The notes under the pieces were generated by a model that saw only the letters and a list, made by a program, of their open reading frames with translations, made no database searches and had not been told where the DNA came from. DNA of 64,000 nt from contig JAWKNC010000001.1 of the NCBI GenBank assembly GCA_041391945.1, positions 189,817-253,816 of the forward strand, written 5' to 3'. How positions within the stretch are numbered: the stretch's first letter is position 1; every line of letters starts with the position of its first letter. Below are positions 47,733 through 58,200 of this stretch, piece by piece. Source of the DNA: Allomuricauda sp. (GTDB lineage: Bacteria > Bacteroidota > Bacteroidia > Flavobacteriales > Flavobacteriaceae). The translations under genes were made by a program, and so were the position numbers.

Positions 47733-48155
47733 ATGGGTACAGTAAAAAGTTTGAACAAATGGGCCAATGCCCATACGTACTATCCTTTAGATCTGGTACG
47801 TATTGCCTTGGGAATTTTCCTTTTCATCAAGGGCGTTGAGTTTATGACCAACCATGAACAAATGTCTGAAATGGCAAGACCTTTTCAAGATATGCCAGGG
47901 GGCATGATCGTTTTGCACTACATTGCGCCGGCACATTTTGTGGGCGGGTTTTTGATCGTTGTTGGTTTACTGACCCGATGGGCATCCTTGGCTCAAATAC
48001 CGATCCTTATTGGGGCCATCTTGACCAACTTTTTGGGACAAATGCATACCACCAATCTCATTTTGTCCGTAATTACTTTTTTGGTGTGCCTATTTTTCAT
48101 TGTGTACGGCTCTGGAAAGCATTCCGCTGATTATTACCTGAAAATGCAACAATAG
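47733..48155 (+). CDS. DoxX family membrane protein
   Basis: LVRIALGIFLFIKG, GLLTRWAS, GSGKHSAD. Confidence 0.8.
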   Translation: MGTVKSLNKWANAHTYYPLDLVRIALGIFLFIKGVEFMTNHEQMSEMARPFQDMPGGMIVLHYIAPAHFVGGFLIVVGLLTRWASLAQIPILIGAILTNFLGQMHTTNLILSVITFLVCLFFIVYGSGKHSADYYLKMQQ

Positions 48156-48160
48156 TACCA

Positions 48161-50323
48161 TTACAGGTTATCCAACTGATTGCTTTTGCCATCGGAACTG
48201 ATGGTCCAAAAGAAACCTACGAAGAAAAAACTATCGGCCGCTGGGGTTATTGCCCTACGTTCAAAAACACCATTCGTATTTGGAATGTCCGCATACTGGT
48301 AATTGCTGATATTGTTGAAGCCCAGCACATTGCTCACCGAAAAATAAAGAATCTTCTGTTGGTCGATCAAATAGGCCCAGTTTATGCTCAGACTATTGAA
48401 GGATTTGGTCTTTTCTGCCATAAAGTCCATAGTATTGGGATTGTTATAGGGCCTACCAGAACCAAAGGAATAAGATACCCCAACCTGCGAGCGGAGTTTC
48501 TCCACCCAATATTTTGTAACCACCGATAGGTTATGCTTTGACGCGAAATTGGGAGTGGCCCTTTCCGCAAAGTCCCTGTAGTCCCTTTTTGTGTCCAAAT
48601 AAGAGTAGGAAAGCCAGTAGTCTAGATGGTCGATACTCTTATTGTCCCTCCAAAAAATATCCAAGCCCGTGGCATAGCCGCTTCCCATGTTGTCAAAATT
48701 GGAATCAAATTGCGGTGAAGGTGTGTCATATTTGATGAGGTTGTCATAGTCCTTATAATAGGCCTCGGCCCTAAAGGTCTTGCCTTGGTCCAAGTACTGG
48801 TAGTTTAAAATATAGTGCGTGGTTTTTTCGGATAGCACCGAGGCATCAAATTTGACCACTTCTGCCAATGGAGTTTGGTAAAAATCGCCATAGGCCAATG
48901 AAAATTGTCCCTTTTCTCCAGGTTTATAGGCCAACGATATCCTTGGGGAAACCGTAAAATCATCCAAAAGAGAACCATACTCTCCCCTAGCCCCCAATTT
49001 CATGGCAAATCGATTGCTCAGAAAGATATCCGTCTCCACAAAACCGGCCCATAGCCGATCTTTATAATCACTGGTGAAGAAAGAACCGTCGGGTATTGAC
49101 AAAGTATCCCCATAGTCCATTAGGAAAAACTCCCCGCCGAAATTAAGATCAAACCTGCTGCTGAAATTTTTTCTGGCCTTCAATTTTATGTGTGATGCCG
49201 TTTCCTTGGCATCGATGTCATCTCCCTCCAAAGCAATGACATTGGTGTCCCAAGAGATGGAAGCCCCGGAGGTCAAGCTCCAATCATTGTCAAAATAATA
49301 TTTGTGGGATGCATTGAAATACAGATTGTTATTGGCCAATTGAAAACGGACGAAATCGTCAAAATTGATATCTTCCTGCTCAATGTCCAGATTGGCATGG
49401 TTGAAACCCGTGTACAGCTTGAACATGCTTTTATTCCCCCTGCTCCTGAAGACCGCTTCCCCTGCAATGGATTCATAAGGGCTGTTCCACTGCACGCCTT
49501 GGCTGGATGGCACCAACGCCTCATAGGGCGAAAGGTTGATGTAGGAAGCGTTCACACTAAGCGATTGATCGCCCCATATTTTGGTGTGGCCCAATCCCCC
49601 TCCCACGGACATTACCGAAATATCCGTTTTTCCCTGATCTGGCTCATCCGTGGTGTTCAACAACAATACGCTGGAGAGTGCCTGACCATATTCTGCGGAG
49701 TAGCCCCCGGTGCTAAAAGTGATGCCTTTAAAAAGGAATGGTGAGAAACGGCCCCGGGTAGGTATGTTGTTCGCGGTGGCGCTGAAAGGCTGAAAAACCC
49801 GAAGACCATCAATAAATACCTGAGTCTCCCCCGCCTCACCACCCCGCACAAAAAGCCTGCCATCCTCTGATACCGTAGTGGTTCCTGGCAAGGTCTGCAA
49901 AGCTCCCACAAAGTCCCCGACCGCACCGGCGGTGGTCACAATATCCAGAGGTTTTAGCACGGATACCTTGGAATTGTCGCCCGCCTCAAAGGTCCCGGCA
50001 GTCAACGTGACCCCGGTCAACGCATTGATGGACTCGGCCAATTTGATTTTCAACTCCTTAAAAAAGCTCACATCGCCAACCTCATAATGCGTATCATAGG
50101 ACAGCATGGAAATAACCAAGGTCTGGGTACCGGTTTCCGTTGTTTCAAAACCAAAATGGCCTGACTCATCGGTGGAGGCCCCATCATAGGTGCCTTCCAA
50201 ATACACATTGGCCCCCACAATGGGATTGTTCTTCGCATCCGTCACAATTCCAGAAATCGATGTCTGTGCAAAGAGAAGGTGAAAATGACAAAGAAGACAT
50301 AGCAAAAAAATGTGGTTTTTCAT
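48161..50323 (-). CDS. TonB-dependent receptor with N-terminal carboxypeptidase-regulatory-like domain
   Basis: Signal peptide; ISGIVTD...GANV; plug DGRLFVRGGEAGETQVFIDG and GGYSAEYGQALSSV; barrel ending FFVGFFW. Confidence 0.9.
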   Translation of the reverse strand: MKNHIFLLCLLCHFHLLFAQTSISGIVTDAKNNPIVGANVYLEGTYDGASTDESGHFGFETTETGTQTLVISMLSYDTHYEVGDVSFFKELKIKLAESINALTGVTLTAGTFEAGDNSKVSVLKPLDIVTTAGAVGDFVGALQTLPGTTTVSEDGRLFVRGGEAGETQVFIDGLRVFQPFSATANNIPTRGRFSPFLFKGITFSTGGYSAEYGQALSSVLLLNTTDEPDQGKTDISVMSVGGGLGHTKIWGDQSLSVNASYINLSPYEALVPSSQGVQWNSPYESIAGEAVFRSRGNKSMFKLYTGFNHANLDIEQEDINFDDFVRFQLANNNLYFNASHKYYFDNDWSLTSGASISWDTNVIALEGDDIDAKETASHIKLKARKNFSSRFDLNFGGEFFLMDYGDTLSIPDGSFFTSDYKDRLWAGFVETDIFLSNRFAMKLGARGEYGSLLDDFTVSPRISLAYKPGEKGQFSLAYGDFYQTPLAEVVKFDASVLSEKTTHYILNYQYLDQGKTFRAEAYYKDYDNLIKYDTPSPQFDSNFDNMGSGYATGLDIFWRDNKSIDHLDYWLSYSYLDTKRDYRDFAERATPNFASKHNLSVVTKYWVEKLRSQVGVSYSFGSGRPYNNPNTMDFMAEKTKSFNSLSINWAYLIDQQKILYFSVSNVLGFNNISNYQYADIPNTNGVFERRAITPAADSFFFVGFFWTISSDGKSNQLDNL

Positions 50324-50384
50324 GACTGTTCGTTGATTGATGACCCAAAATTGCCCCAATATGCAGTCCTAGACCAAAAGGAAA

Positions 50385-50416
50385 TACCGAACTGTGGAAT
50401 TTTGGCGATGAGTTGA
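50385..50416 (-). promoter_or_regulatory. Putative LytTR direct-repeat site upstream of the TonB-dependent receptor
   Basis: Sense strand TCAACTCATC-N11-ACAGTTCGGT, 21-bp period. Confidence 0.75.
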
Positions 50417-50492
50417 AGAGACCTTTCTATTTTGTCCGTATCACATTAAGCATTACATTTAATTATCTGTTCATCAACCTTAAACCAATACC

Positions 50493-53400
50493 ATCAAACG
50501 GTCTGTTTACATAATATTTATTGTATGCTTTGCCATGGACTTCCTTCAAGGGCAGACCAATCCGATAGACAGTTTGCAAAAGAGGTACCACGAGGTAGAT
50601 TCGGACTCCTTGCGCATCCGTATCTTGAAGGATATTGCGTGGGAATACCTCAATAATCGTGGCAATGCGGAACTGGCAAAGAAGCATATCGATAGTTTTT
50701 ACACTATCAGCAAAGAAGCCAATATCCCTTGGGGAATCACCATGGCCAACTACCAATATGCGGTACTGGACAGGCAGAAGGGAAACTATAGCAAAGCCCT
50801 TGCCCATATTGACGGATACCTCGATTCCCCAATCACCCAAAAAGAGCCTTTTGCCATAGCCAACGGACTGTACCAAAAGGCCTTGATCCTTGACAATTAT
50901 GGCAGTTTAGAGGAAAGCTTGAAAATCTATTACGATATCCTCAAGATCTACGAAAAGCAAAAAGATTCCTTTAGCTATGCCTTTACATTGAATGCCATGG
51001 GCGAAATCCAAAAAAAGACTGGAAAAATGTCCGAAGCCATGGAAAGCTACGAGCATGCTCTGGGTATTTTTAGAGATTTGGGCGACAAAACGGAAATTGC
51101 CAATTGCCTTTTCAACATAGGGGACACCTATCTACAACAAAAACAATACGATAAGGCACTGGAGTACTTGAACAAATCCTTGGCCTTGGATGAAGAGACC
51201 AACAGCGAATGGGGAAAAGCTTTTGATTATGAGGCTCTGGGGAAGGTATATGGTCATCAAAAAAAATATGCCCAATCTTTGGAATACCACAAAAAGGCGT
51301 TGGAACTCAGGGAAAAGTTGGGGCAAAGGTTGGAACTCTCCATGAGCCATACCCAGATTGGCATCATAAATCTAAAAATGAAAGATTTCGCCAATGCCGA
51401 GGAAAGTATTCTTAAGGCCATAGAAGTTTCCAAGGATATTGGCGCAAAACCCCAACTCCAGGAAAATTATGAAATCCTCTCCCAGATATACGAACAAACT
51501 GGGGAATACGAAAAAGCACTGACCTTCAAAAATAAATTTGTCACACTGAAGGACAGTCTGTTCACCGAGGCCAAATCCAGGCAAATTGAAGAACTTCAGG
51601 TGCGGTTTGACACGGAAAAAAAACAGGATGCCATTGCTGCACTTCAAAAAGATGCCGAAATAAACGACCTAAAGCTCCGTCAGCAAAAAACACTCCGTAA
51701 TGTGGTCATCGGTATTGCCCTTGCAGGTTTGGTGTTCCTTTGGTTCGCCTTTAACCGATACAAACAGGCTCAACGTGCCAAGCAGGCCGAAGAGGAGAAG
51801 AAAAGAGCCATTTTGGAGGAACGGAAACGCACCGAAATTGAGAAACAACGGGTAAGCGAGCTTCAAAAAATAGACAAACTCAAGGATGAGTTCCTGGCCA
51901 ATACCTCCCACGAGCTTCGAACTCCTCTGGTGGGGATCATCGGTCTTACGGAGTCCCTGAAAGATGGTGTGGCCGGCAAACTGCCAAAGGCAGCTTTGGA
52001 AAACCTGGATATGATCGCCAATAGCGGCAAAAGGCTCTCACATTTGGTGAACGATATCCTCGACTTTTCAAAATTGAAGAACAAAGATTTGGAATTATCG
52101 CCAAAGCCAGTGGATGTCCATGCTATTTCCAGTATCGTTCTACGCCTGTCCAACCCATTGGTAAAGGATAAAAAATTAAAACTGATCAATTCCATTCCCA
52201 AAGAGGTGCCCTTGGTTGAGGCCGATGAAAACAGACTCCAACAAATATTGTACAATTTGGTGGGCAATGCCATCAAGTTTACGCACAAGGGGTACATTAC
52301 CCTGTCCTCGGAAATACAGGAAAATAGGCTTGCCATATCGATTGCCGATACCGGAATAGGAATCCAAGATGATAAATTGGATATCATCTTCAATTCCTTT
52401 GAGCAGGCGGATGGATCCACACAAAGGGAATATGGCGGTACGGGACTTGGGCTTTCGGTGACCAAACAACTGGTAGAACTCCATGGTGGTACTATAAGTG
52501 CCTCTTCCGAAAAAGGCAAGGGTTCCATTTTCACCTTTACACTTCCGCTAAGCACCAAAAAGAGAAAGGACCTTAAAAAGGAGGACTACACCCCGGAGGA
52601 TTTCGTCCAAAACATAGTCGCTCATGATGAAGATTTATCCATATCCGGAAAAAGGCCCAAATCTTCAGAGGAAGCCGCCAAAATACTTATTGTTGATGAC
52701 GAGCCCGTCAACAGACGGGTCTTGGAAAACCATTTGACCGTTGCCGGATACGACATAACCGAGGTAAGCACGGGAAAAGGAGCCTTAAAGTTGCTTGAGG
52801 AAGATGCATCCTTCAACTTGGTTCTGCTGGATATCATGATGCCCGAAATTTCCGGTTATGAGGTCTGTGAAAAAATCCGAGAAAAATACCCGGCCAGCGA
52901 CCTGCCCATCATTTTACTCACGGCAAAGAACACGGTCAGTGATCTTGTGACCGGTTTCAACTCGGGGGCCAACGATTATTTGACCAAGCCCTTCTCCAAG
53001 AATGAACTTTTGAGCCGGATCAAGACCCACCTCAACCTCAACACCATCCATAGGGCCACTTCACGATTTGTGCCAGCAGAATTTGTGCGTTCCGTGGGCA
53101 AGGAATCCATCACGGATATTCGGCTGGGAGATCACATTGAGAAAAGTGTAACCGTTCTGTTCTCCGATATTCGGGACTACACAACCCTTTCCGAAAGCAT
53201 GACGCCCACCCAGAACTTTAAGTTCGTCAATGCGTACGTGGGTCGTATGGGACCCATCATCAAGGACAACGATGGTTTTGTAAACCAGTATATGGGAGAC
53301 GGAATCATGGCCCTATTCCCCAAAAAACCTGAAAATGCCTTGGATGCCGCCATAGAAATGCAACGGACCTTGGCCCTTTATAATAAAAGAAGAGTCGAGG

Positions 53401-53918
53401 AAAAAGGCTATAAACCGCTATCTGTTGGGATTGGGCTCCACACAGGGCCATTGATCATGGGCATCATTGGCGATTCCAAAAGAAATGATCCCGCGGTGAT
53501 TGCCGATACCGTAAACAGTGCCGCCAGGGTGGAGGGCGTCACCAAATATTTTGGGGCCAACATCATCATCAGTGAGGACAGTCTAAAATTAATGGAGGAT
53601 CCCTCAGGTTTCAATATTAGATATTTGGGAAAAGTGCGGGTAAAGGGCAAACAAAAAGCCATCGAAATTTATGAATGTATCGATGGCGACAGTGTGGAAA
53701 GCATCTCCTTAAAACTGGAGACCAAAAAACATTATGACGAGGGCATAGACCTCTTTTTCAACAGTCAGTTCAACGAGGCTTCCACAGCGTTTGAGTGGGT
53801 CCTCTACAAAAATCCAGGGGATTCCGTAGCCAAATACTTCAATGAAAAAGCCAAGAAATATGCGGTATTGGGTATTCCCGAGGATTGGGCATCAGGAACC
53901 GTACTGTACGAAAAATAG
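50493..53918 (+). CDS. Hybrid sensor: periplasmic TPRs - TM - HisKA/HATPase - REC - class III cyclase
   Basis: TPR repeats; TM VVIGIALAGLVFLWFAF; NTSHELRTP; NLVGNAIKF, DTGIG, GTGLGL; REC VDDE/LLDIMMP; cyclase LFSDIR, GDG, NSAARVE. In-frame ATC at 50493 restores a signal peptide (first ATG is 50535). Confidence 0.9.
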   Translation: MKRSVYIIFIVCFAMDFLQGQTNPIDSLQKRYHEVDSDSLRIRILKDIAWEYLNNRGNAELAKKHIDSFYTISKEANIPWGITMANYQYAVLDRQKGNYSKALAHIDGYLDSPITQKEPFAIANGLYQKALILDNYGSLEESLKIYYDILKIYEKQKDSFSYAFTLNAMGEIQKKTGKMSEAMESYEHALGIFRDLGDKTEIANCLFNIGDTYLQQKQYDKALEYLNKSLALDEETNSEWGKAFDYEALGKVYGHQKKYAQSLEYHKKALELREKLGQRLELSMSHTQIGIINLKMKDFANAEESILKAIEVSKDIGAKPQLQENYEILSQIYEQTGEYEKALTFKNKFVTLKDSLFTEAKSRQIEELQVRFDTEKKQDAIAALQKDAEINDLKLRQQKTLRNVVIGIALAGLVFLWFAFNRYKQAQRAKQAEEEKKRAILEERKRTEIEKQRVSELQKIDKLKDEFLANTSHELRTPLVGIIGLTESLKDGVAGKLPKAALENLDMIANSGKRLSHLVNDILDFSKLKNKDLELSPKPVDVHAISSIVLRLSNPLVKDKKLKLINSIPKEVPLVEADENRLQQILYNLVGNAIKFTHKGYITLSSEIQENRLAISIADTGIGIQDDKLDIIFNSFEQADGSTQREYGGTGLGLSVTKQLVELHGGTISASSEKGKGSIFTFTLPLSTKKRKDLKKEDYTPEDFVQNIVAHDEDLSISGKRPKSSEEAAKILIVDDEPVNRRVLENHLTVAGYDITEVSTGKGALKLLEEDASFNLVLLDIMMPEISGYEVCEKIREKYPASDLPIILLTAKNTVSDLVTGFNSGANDYLTKPFSKNELLSRIKTHLNLNTIHRATSRFVPAEFVRSVGKESITDIRLGDHIEKSVTVLFSDIRDYTTLSESMTPTQNFKFVNAYVGRMGPIIKDNDGFVNQYMGDGIMALFPKKPENALDAAIEMQRTLALYNKRRVEEKGYKPLSVGIGLHTGPLIMGIIGDSKRNDPAVIADTVNSAARVEGVTKYFGANIIISEDSLKLMEDPSGFNIRYLGKVRVKGKQKAIEIYECIDGDSVESISLKLETKKHYDEGIDLFFNSQFNEASTAFEWVLYKNPGDSVAKYFNEKAKKYAVLGIPEDWASGTVLYEK

Positions 53919-54038
53919 GTTCATTTATAGCTTCTGTCCATTGTGCTTGGAACTCCTGTAGGAGTTTTGGGAACTCGGGGCAAACTGAAACATTCATGCG
54001 TTTTGTAGTTTACCCCAAGCTTACCACTCATCCCAATT

Positions 54039-55175
54039 TTATCTCCTGACGAACGATAGTCGGGATTTAATATGTTTAAAGGAAATCGACCGTATCCATA
54101 TCCTTGCCGGTTGTTCAAAATACCTGAAGGACAGCCATGCACTAACGCCATTGCAAAGTAGCATGAAAAGCAATGATAGCAACAATATGATAGTGCCAGG
54201 ATTTTCGCCAGGGTGTGCCGATACCCAATATTGCATCCCGATCCAATAGCCAAATAACCAAAGCGCTTGGAACATATAAAGCGAGAAGGAAATATCCCCA
54301 AAAAAACGTGCGGTACGGTGTGAGGCCAACCGATGAAGTACCCCTTTGTTGTGAGCCAAACTCAATATGACTGCCGCAAAAAATCCGACGGTAATGATAT
54401 CTTGCACCCCATAATGCATGCAGACCACGATCATGGTTAGGAATCCTACTCCAACGATGTCCTTTTCAAAGAAACCGCGGCCAATTTCCGACCTAAACGC
54501 TTGGTAGACCAATATGCCCATGGAGAACTCGGAGATACATCTAAAAAGACCAAACTCCCACGTAGTGTTCAGATTTCCTTCTTCATGCCATCCCGGAATA
54601 AGGAACAACAGTCCAATACCTACAATTGTCAACACCGAAAGGGTTAATTTCCTTTTCTTGAACAGCCATACGAAAACGGGGATCATAATCAGGTAGGTCC
54701 ACCATTCCGCTCCTATGGACCATGCCGGCATGTTCCAGCTCAATCCACTTGGATCTCCAAAGGTTTCCCCAAAAATCAGGTGTCTCCAAAATCCTTCCCA
54801 GGGATAAACAAATGCAAAATCCGATGCGGTCTTGGGCGCCAATGCGAGCAGAGACCCAAAAAAGATGAGATGAATAAAAAGCTGTAACAAATGCAATGGA
54901 TACAGCCTTGCAAACCTGGCCTTGATAAATGAGGCTATGGTCTCGAAACTGGGCGTCTTGAACTTATCGCCATACACATGTGTAATCACGAAGCCGCTCA
55001 AAATAAAAAAGAAATCGACCCACAGATATCCTTTGCCCAATAGCATACTAGCATCCCTCGATATTAGAGTGGGCAATCCCGTAAATGAAGTGACCTCATC
55101 GAAATGAAAGATGACCACCCAAATGGCTGCCAGTCCCCGTAAGGGAGTCAATGTTCCTATATATTTTTTCATCAT
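54039..55175 (-). CDS. Acyltransferase family 3 (OafA-like) membrane protein
   Basis: LRGLAAIWVVIFH, VDFFFILSGFVI, RFARLYPLH, WSIGAEW, GDISFSLYMFQ, RYFEQP. Confidence 0.9.
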   Translation of the reverse strand: MMKKYIGTLTPLRGLAAIWVVIFHFDEVTSFTGLPTLISRDASMLLGKGYLWVDFFFILSGFVITHVYGDKFKTPSFETIASFIKARFARLYPLHLLQLFIHLIFFGSLLALAPKTASDFAFVYPWEGFWRHLIFGETFGDPSGLSWNMPAWSIGAEWWTYLIMIPVFVWLFKKRKLTLSVLTIVGIGLLFLIPGWHEEGNLNTTWEFGLFRCISEFSMGILVYQAFRSEIGRGFFEKDIVGVGFLTMIVVCMHYGVQDIITVGFFAAVILSLAHNKGVLHRLASHRTARFFGDISFSLYMFQALWLFGYWIGMQYWVSAHPGENPGTIILLLSLLFMLLCNGVSAWLSFRYFEQPARIWIRSISFKHIKSRLSFVRR

Positions 55176-55232
55176 AAATAATTTTAAAGTTTAACTTATC
55201 CCTGCCTCTCCTTGGAAAGGCTATTTTGGAGG

Positions 55233-58200
55233 TTATGCCATAACCGATTCCTCTTGATTTTTGTTCGACATGGCGTGATAACCAACATATCTATTCTGTA
55301 CCTTTTTTTGAATCTCCGTGACCCAATATTGGTCCATAGTTTGCTCTTCTTCAAGCATTTTTTGAAATCTCCCTTCCATTTTCAAATAGGCCAACAACGG
55401 TATTTTTGGGGCTTTGGAATCCAGCTGTAAAGGCAATCGGCCCTCTTCAATCATTTTTGGGTCGTGCCTGTACAATAACCACTGCCCCGACGCAACCGCC
55501 GCTTTATGGTATTGCGATGGGTTTTTCATATCGATGCCATGCGAAGGGCTATGGCAATAAGCAATGATAATGGATGGCCCTTGGTGTTTTTCGGCTTCAA
55601 CAAATGCATTGAGTGTCTGTTGTTGATCGGCACCAATGGCCACCGAAGCCACATAAACATCCTCGTAATTCATGGCCAATAAACCCAAGTCCTTCTTTTG
55701 TTTCTTTTTGCCCCTAGCTGCAAATCGGGCCGAGGCGCCATAAGGGGTAGCCTTGGACATTTGCCCTCCCGTGTTGGAATACGCTTCATTGTCCAAAACC
55801 AAAATATTGACGTTCTCGCCAGATGCAAGGACATGATCTAGGCCGCCATATCCAATATCGTAGGCCCAACCATCGCCCCCAACAATCCAAACACTCTTTT
55901 TTACCAAGCTCTCCACTAGGTTGAGCAGTTTTTTGGCATCGTCGGATTCTATTTTTTGCAGCTGGATTTTAAGTGTCTCTATTCGATTTCTTTGTTGATC
56001 AATTTCCAAGTCACTGGATTGTGGCGCATTCAGAATCGCCTCGACCAAATCACTGTCGAGATATTGGGCCATCTTTGCAAGCAAATCTTTGGCTTGATTT
56101 TCCTTTTGGTTTAGGGACAACCGAAATCCAAGACCAAATTCCGCATTGTCCTCGAAAAGTGAGTTGGACCATGCCGGCCCCCTACCCTGTTCATTTTTGG
56201 ACCATGGCGTAGTGGGCAGTGCACCACCAAAAATGGAACTGGCACCAGTAGCATTGGCCACCAACATGCGATCTCCGAAAAGTTGGGACAACAATTTTAA
56301 ATAAGTGGCCTGTCCACAACCATCCTCCCCCATGGGATATTTGAACAAAGGCTCCTGCAATTGTTGCTGACCGACTTTATTTGTATCCAATTTGGTCCTA
56401 TCGAACTCTGGTATAGTTTCAAAATACATCCAGTTTTCCCTTTCTTTTTCGATTCTGGATAGGCTCTTGTTCATCATCAAGGCCTTCGCTGGACAGGCAT
56501 CCACACAATTGTTGCAGGACGTACATTGATCTGGGTTAACTTGAATGGTATAGTTCAACAAGTCGAATCCTTCCATTTCTTCCATAAATTCCATGGATTT
56601 GAAACTGGATGGTGCACCATTTTTGATTGTGTTTTCAAAAGCCTTTATACGCAATGCACCAGACGGACAGGCCATGCTGCAGGCCCCACATTGGGTACAC
56701 AGATCGGTATTCCACTCGGGAAGTTCCACAACCATTTTCCTTGTATTGTGTGTTGAAGTACCTGTGGCAAAGGTTCCATCCACTGGCAATAGGCTCACTG
56801 GAAGTTCATTCCCTTTTCCGGCCAAAAGGCTTCCCAAAAGGGTTTTGGAAAATACTTCATCTTGGGAAAGTATACTTTCATTTTCCAAAATTGAAGTATC
56901 CACTTTTCTGATGAGCTGCCCCAAAGTTTCAAGAGCTGAATTCTGGTTCGCCCCACTTTTCAAAGCAAAATACGATGCGTGCAATCCTGAAACAGCATAT
57001 CCGTTCATCATATAACTGCTGGATAAGACTTCACTGGGAGCAACATATACATCAAGACTTTTCTCCTGAATTAGTTTCTGGGTTCTGCATGGAAGTGTTC
57101 CCCAAAAACGGTCTGGTCCTGAGTCGGATAGTACCAAGAGGGTTCCTGAATTTTGAACGTTCTCCAAAACCGAATCCTGCTCCACAAAAGCCACATCATC
57201 ACAGGCCACAAAATTGGCATGCTGTATCAAATAAGGAGCCTTTATGGGTTCGGGAGCCATACGCAAATGGGAAACATTCCTGGAATTGGATTTTCTATAA
57301 TCGCATTCCATATAGCCCTGCACAAAATTTTCGGTAGTTTCTCCCAATAGCTTTAAAATGACATTGAATTGTTCCTGTGTTTTATCGGTTTTGGTTTGAT
57401 AGAAAAGGGCCTGTTCAAATTTCGATGGCAAGTTGAATCCATCGACCGGAAGGCTCAAGTGGGTAACATCATCCAAAATACCCACAGTGAAATTGTTTTT
57501 GGGTTCCTTGCGTTTTAGGTTGTCCACAAGAGTTTTGACCATGGCAGGGGTAAATTCCTTGGAACTCAACCCATAGCGTCCCCCAACTATTTTTGGGAAT
57601 GAGTCAAATCTATTGCATTGTGCAACGGACTGGACCACATCCAAATACAAGGGCTCACTCGTGGAACCAGGTTCTTTGGTTCGGTCCAATACGGCAATGG
57701 CGCTGCAAGATTTGGGCAAGCTGTTGATGAAATGATCAACACTGAAAGGTCTGAACAATCTAACCTTGACCAAACCTATTTTTTCGCCCTGTACATTCAA
57801 ATGGGCGATGGTTTCCTCCAAGGTCTCCGTAGCAGAGGCCATGGCAACGATCACCTGCTCAGCCTCTGGATGTCCTATATATTCAAAAATCTTGTGCTGT
57901 CTGCCCGTGAGCTCGGCAAATTCATCCATTTTATGCTGAACGATGGTTGGACAAGCATCATAATAGCAGTTGACGGCCTCCCTGCTTTGAAAGAATACGT
58001 CCGGTCCTTGGGAAGTTCCCCTGATAACTGGGTTGTTTGGGTCAAGAGCCCTATTTCGATGGGAGTTGACCATATCTTCATCGATCATACTGCGTATGGC
58101 ATGATCTGTAATTTTTTCAATTTTTGATACTTCATGGGAGGTTCTGAACCCATCAAAGAAGTGTACAAAAGGTATTCTTGATGCCAACGAAGCGGCTTGT

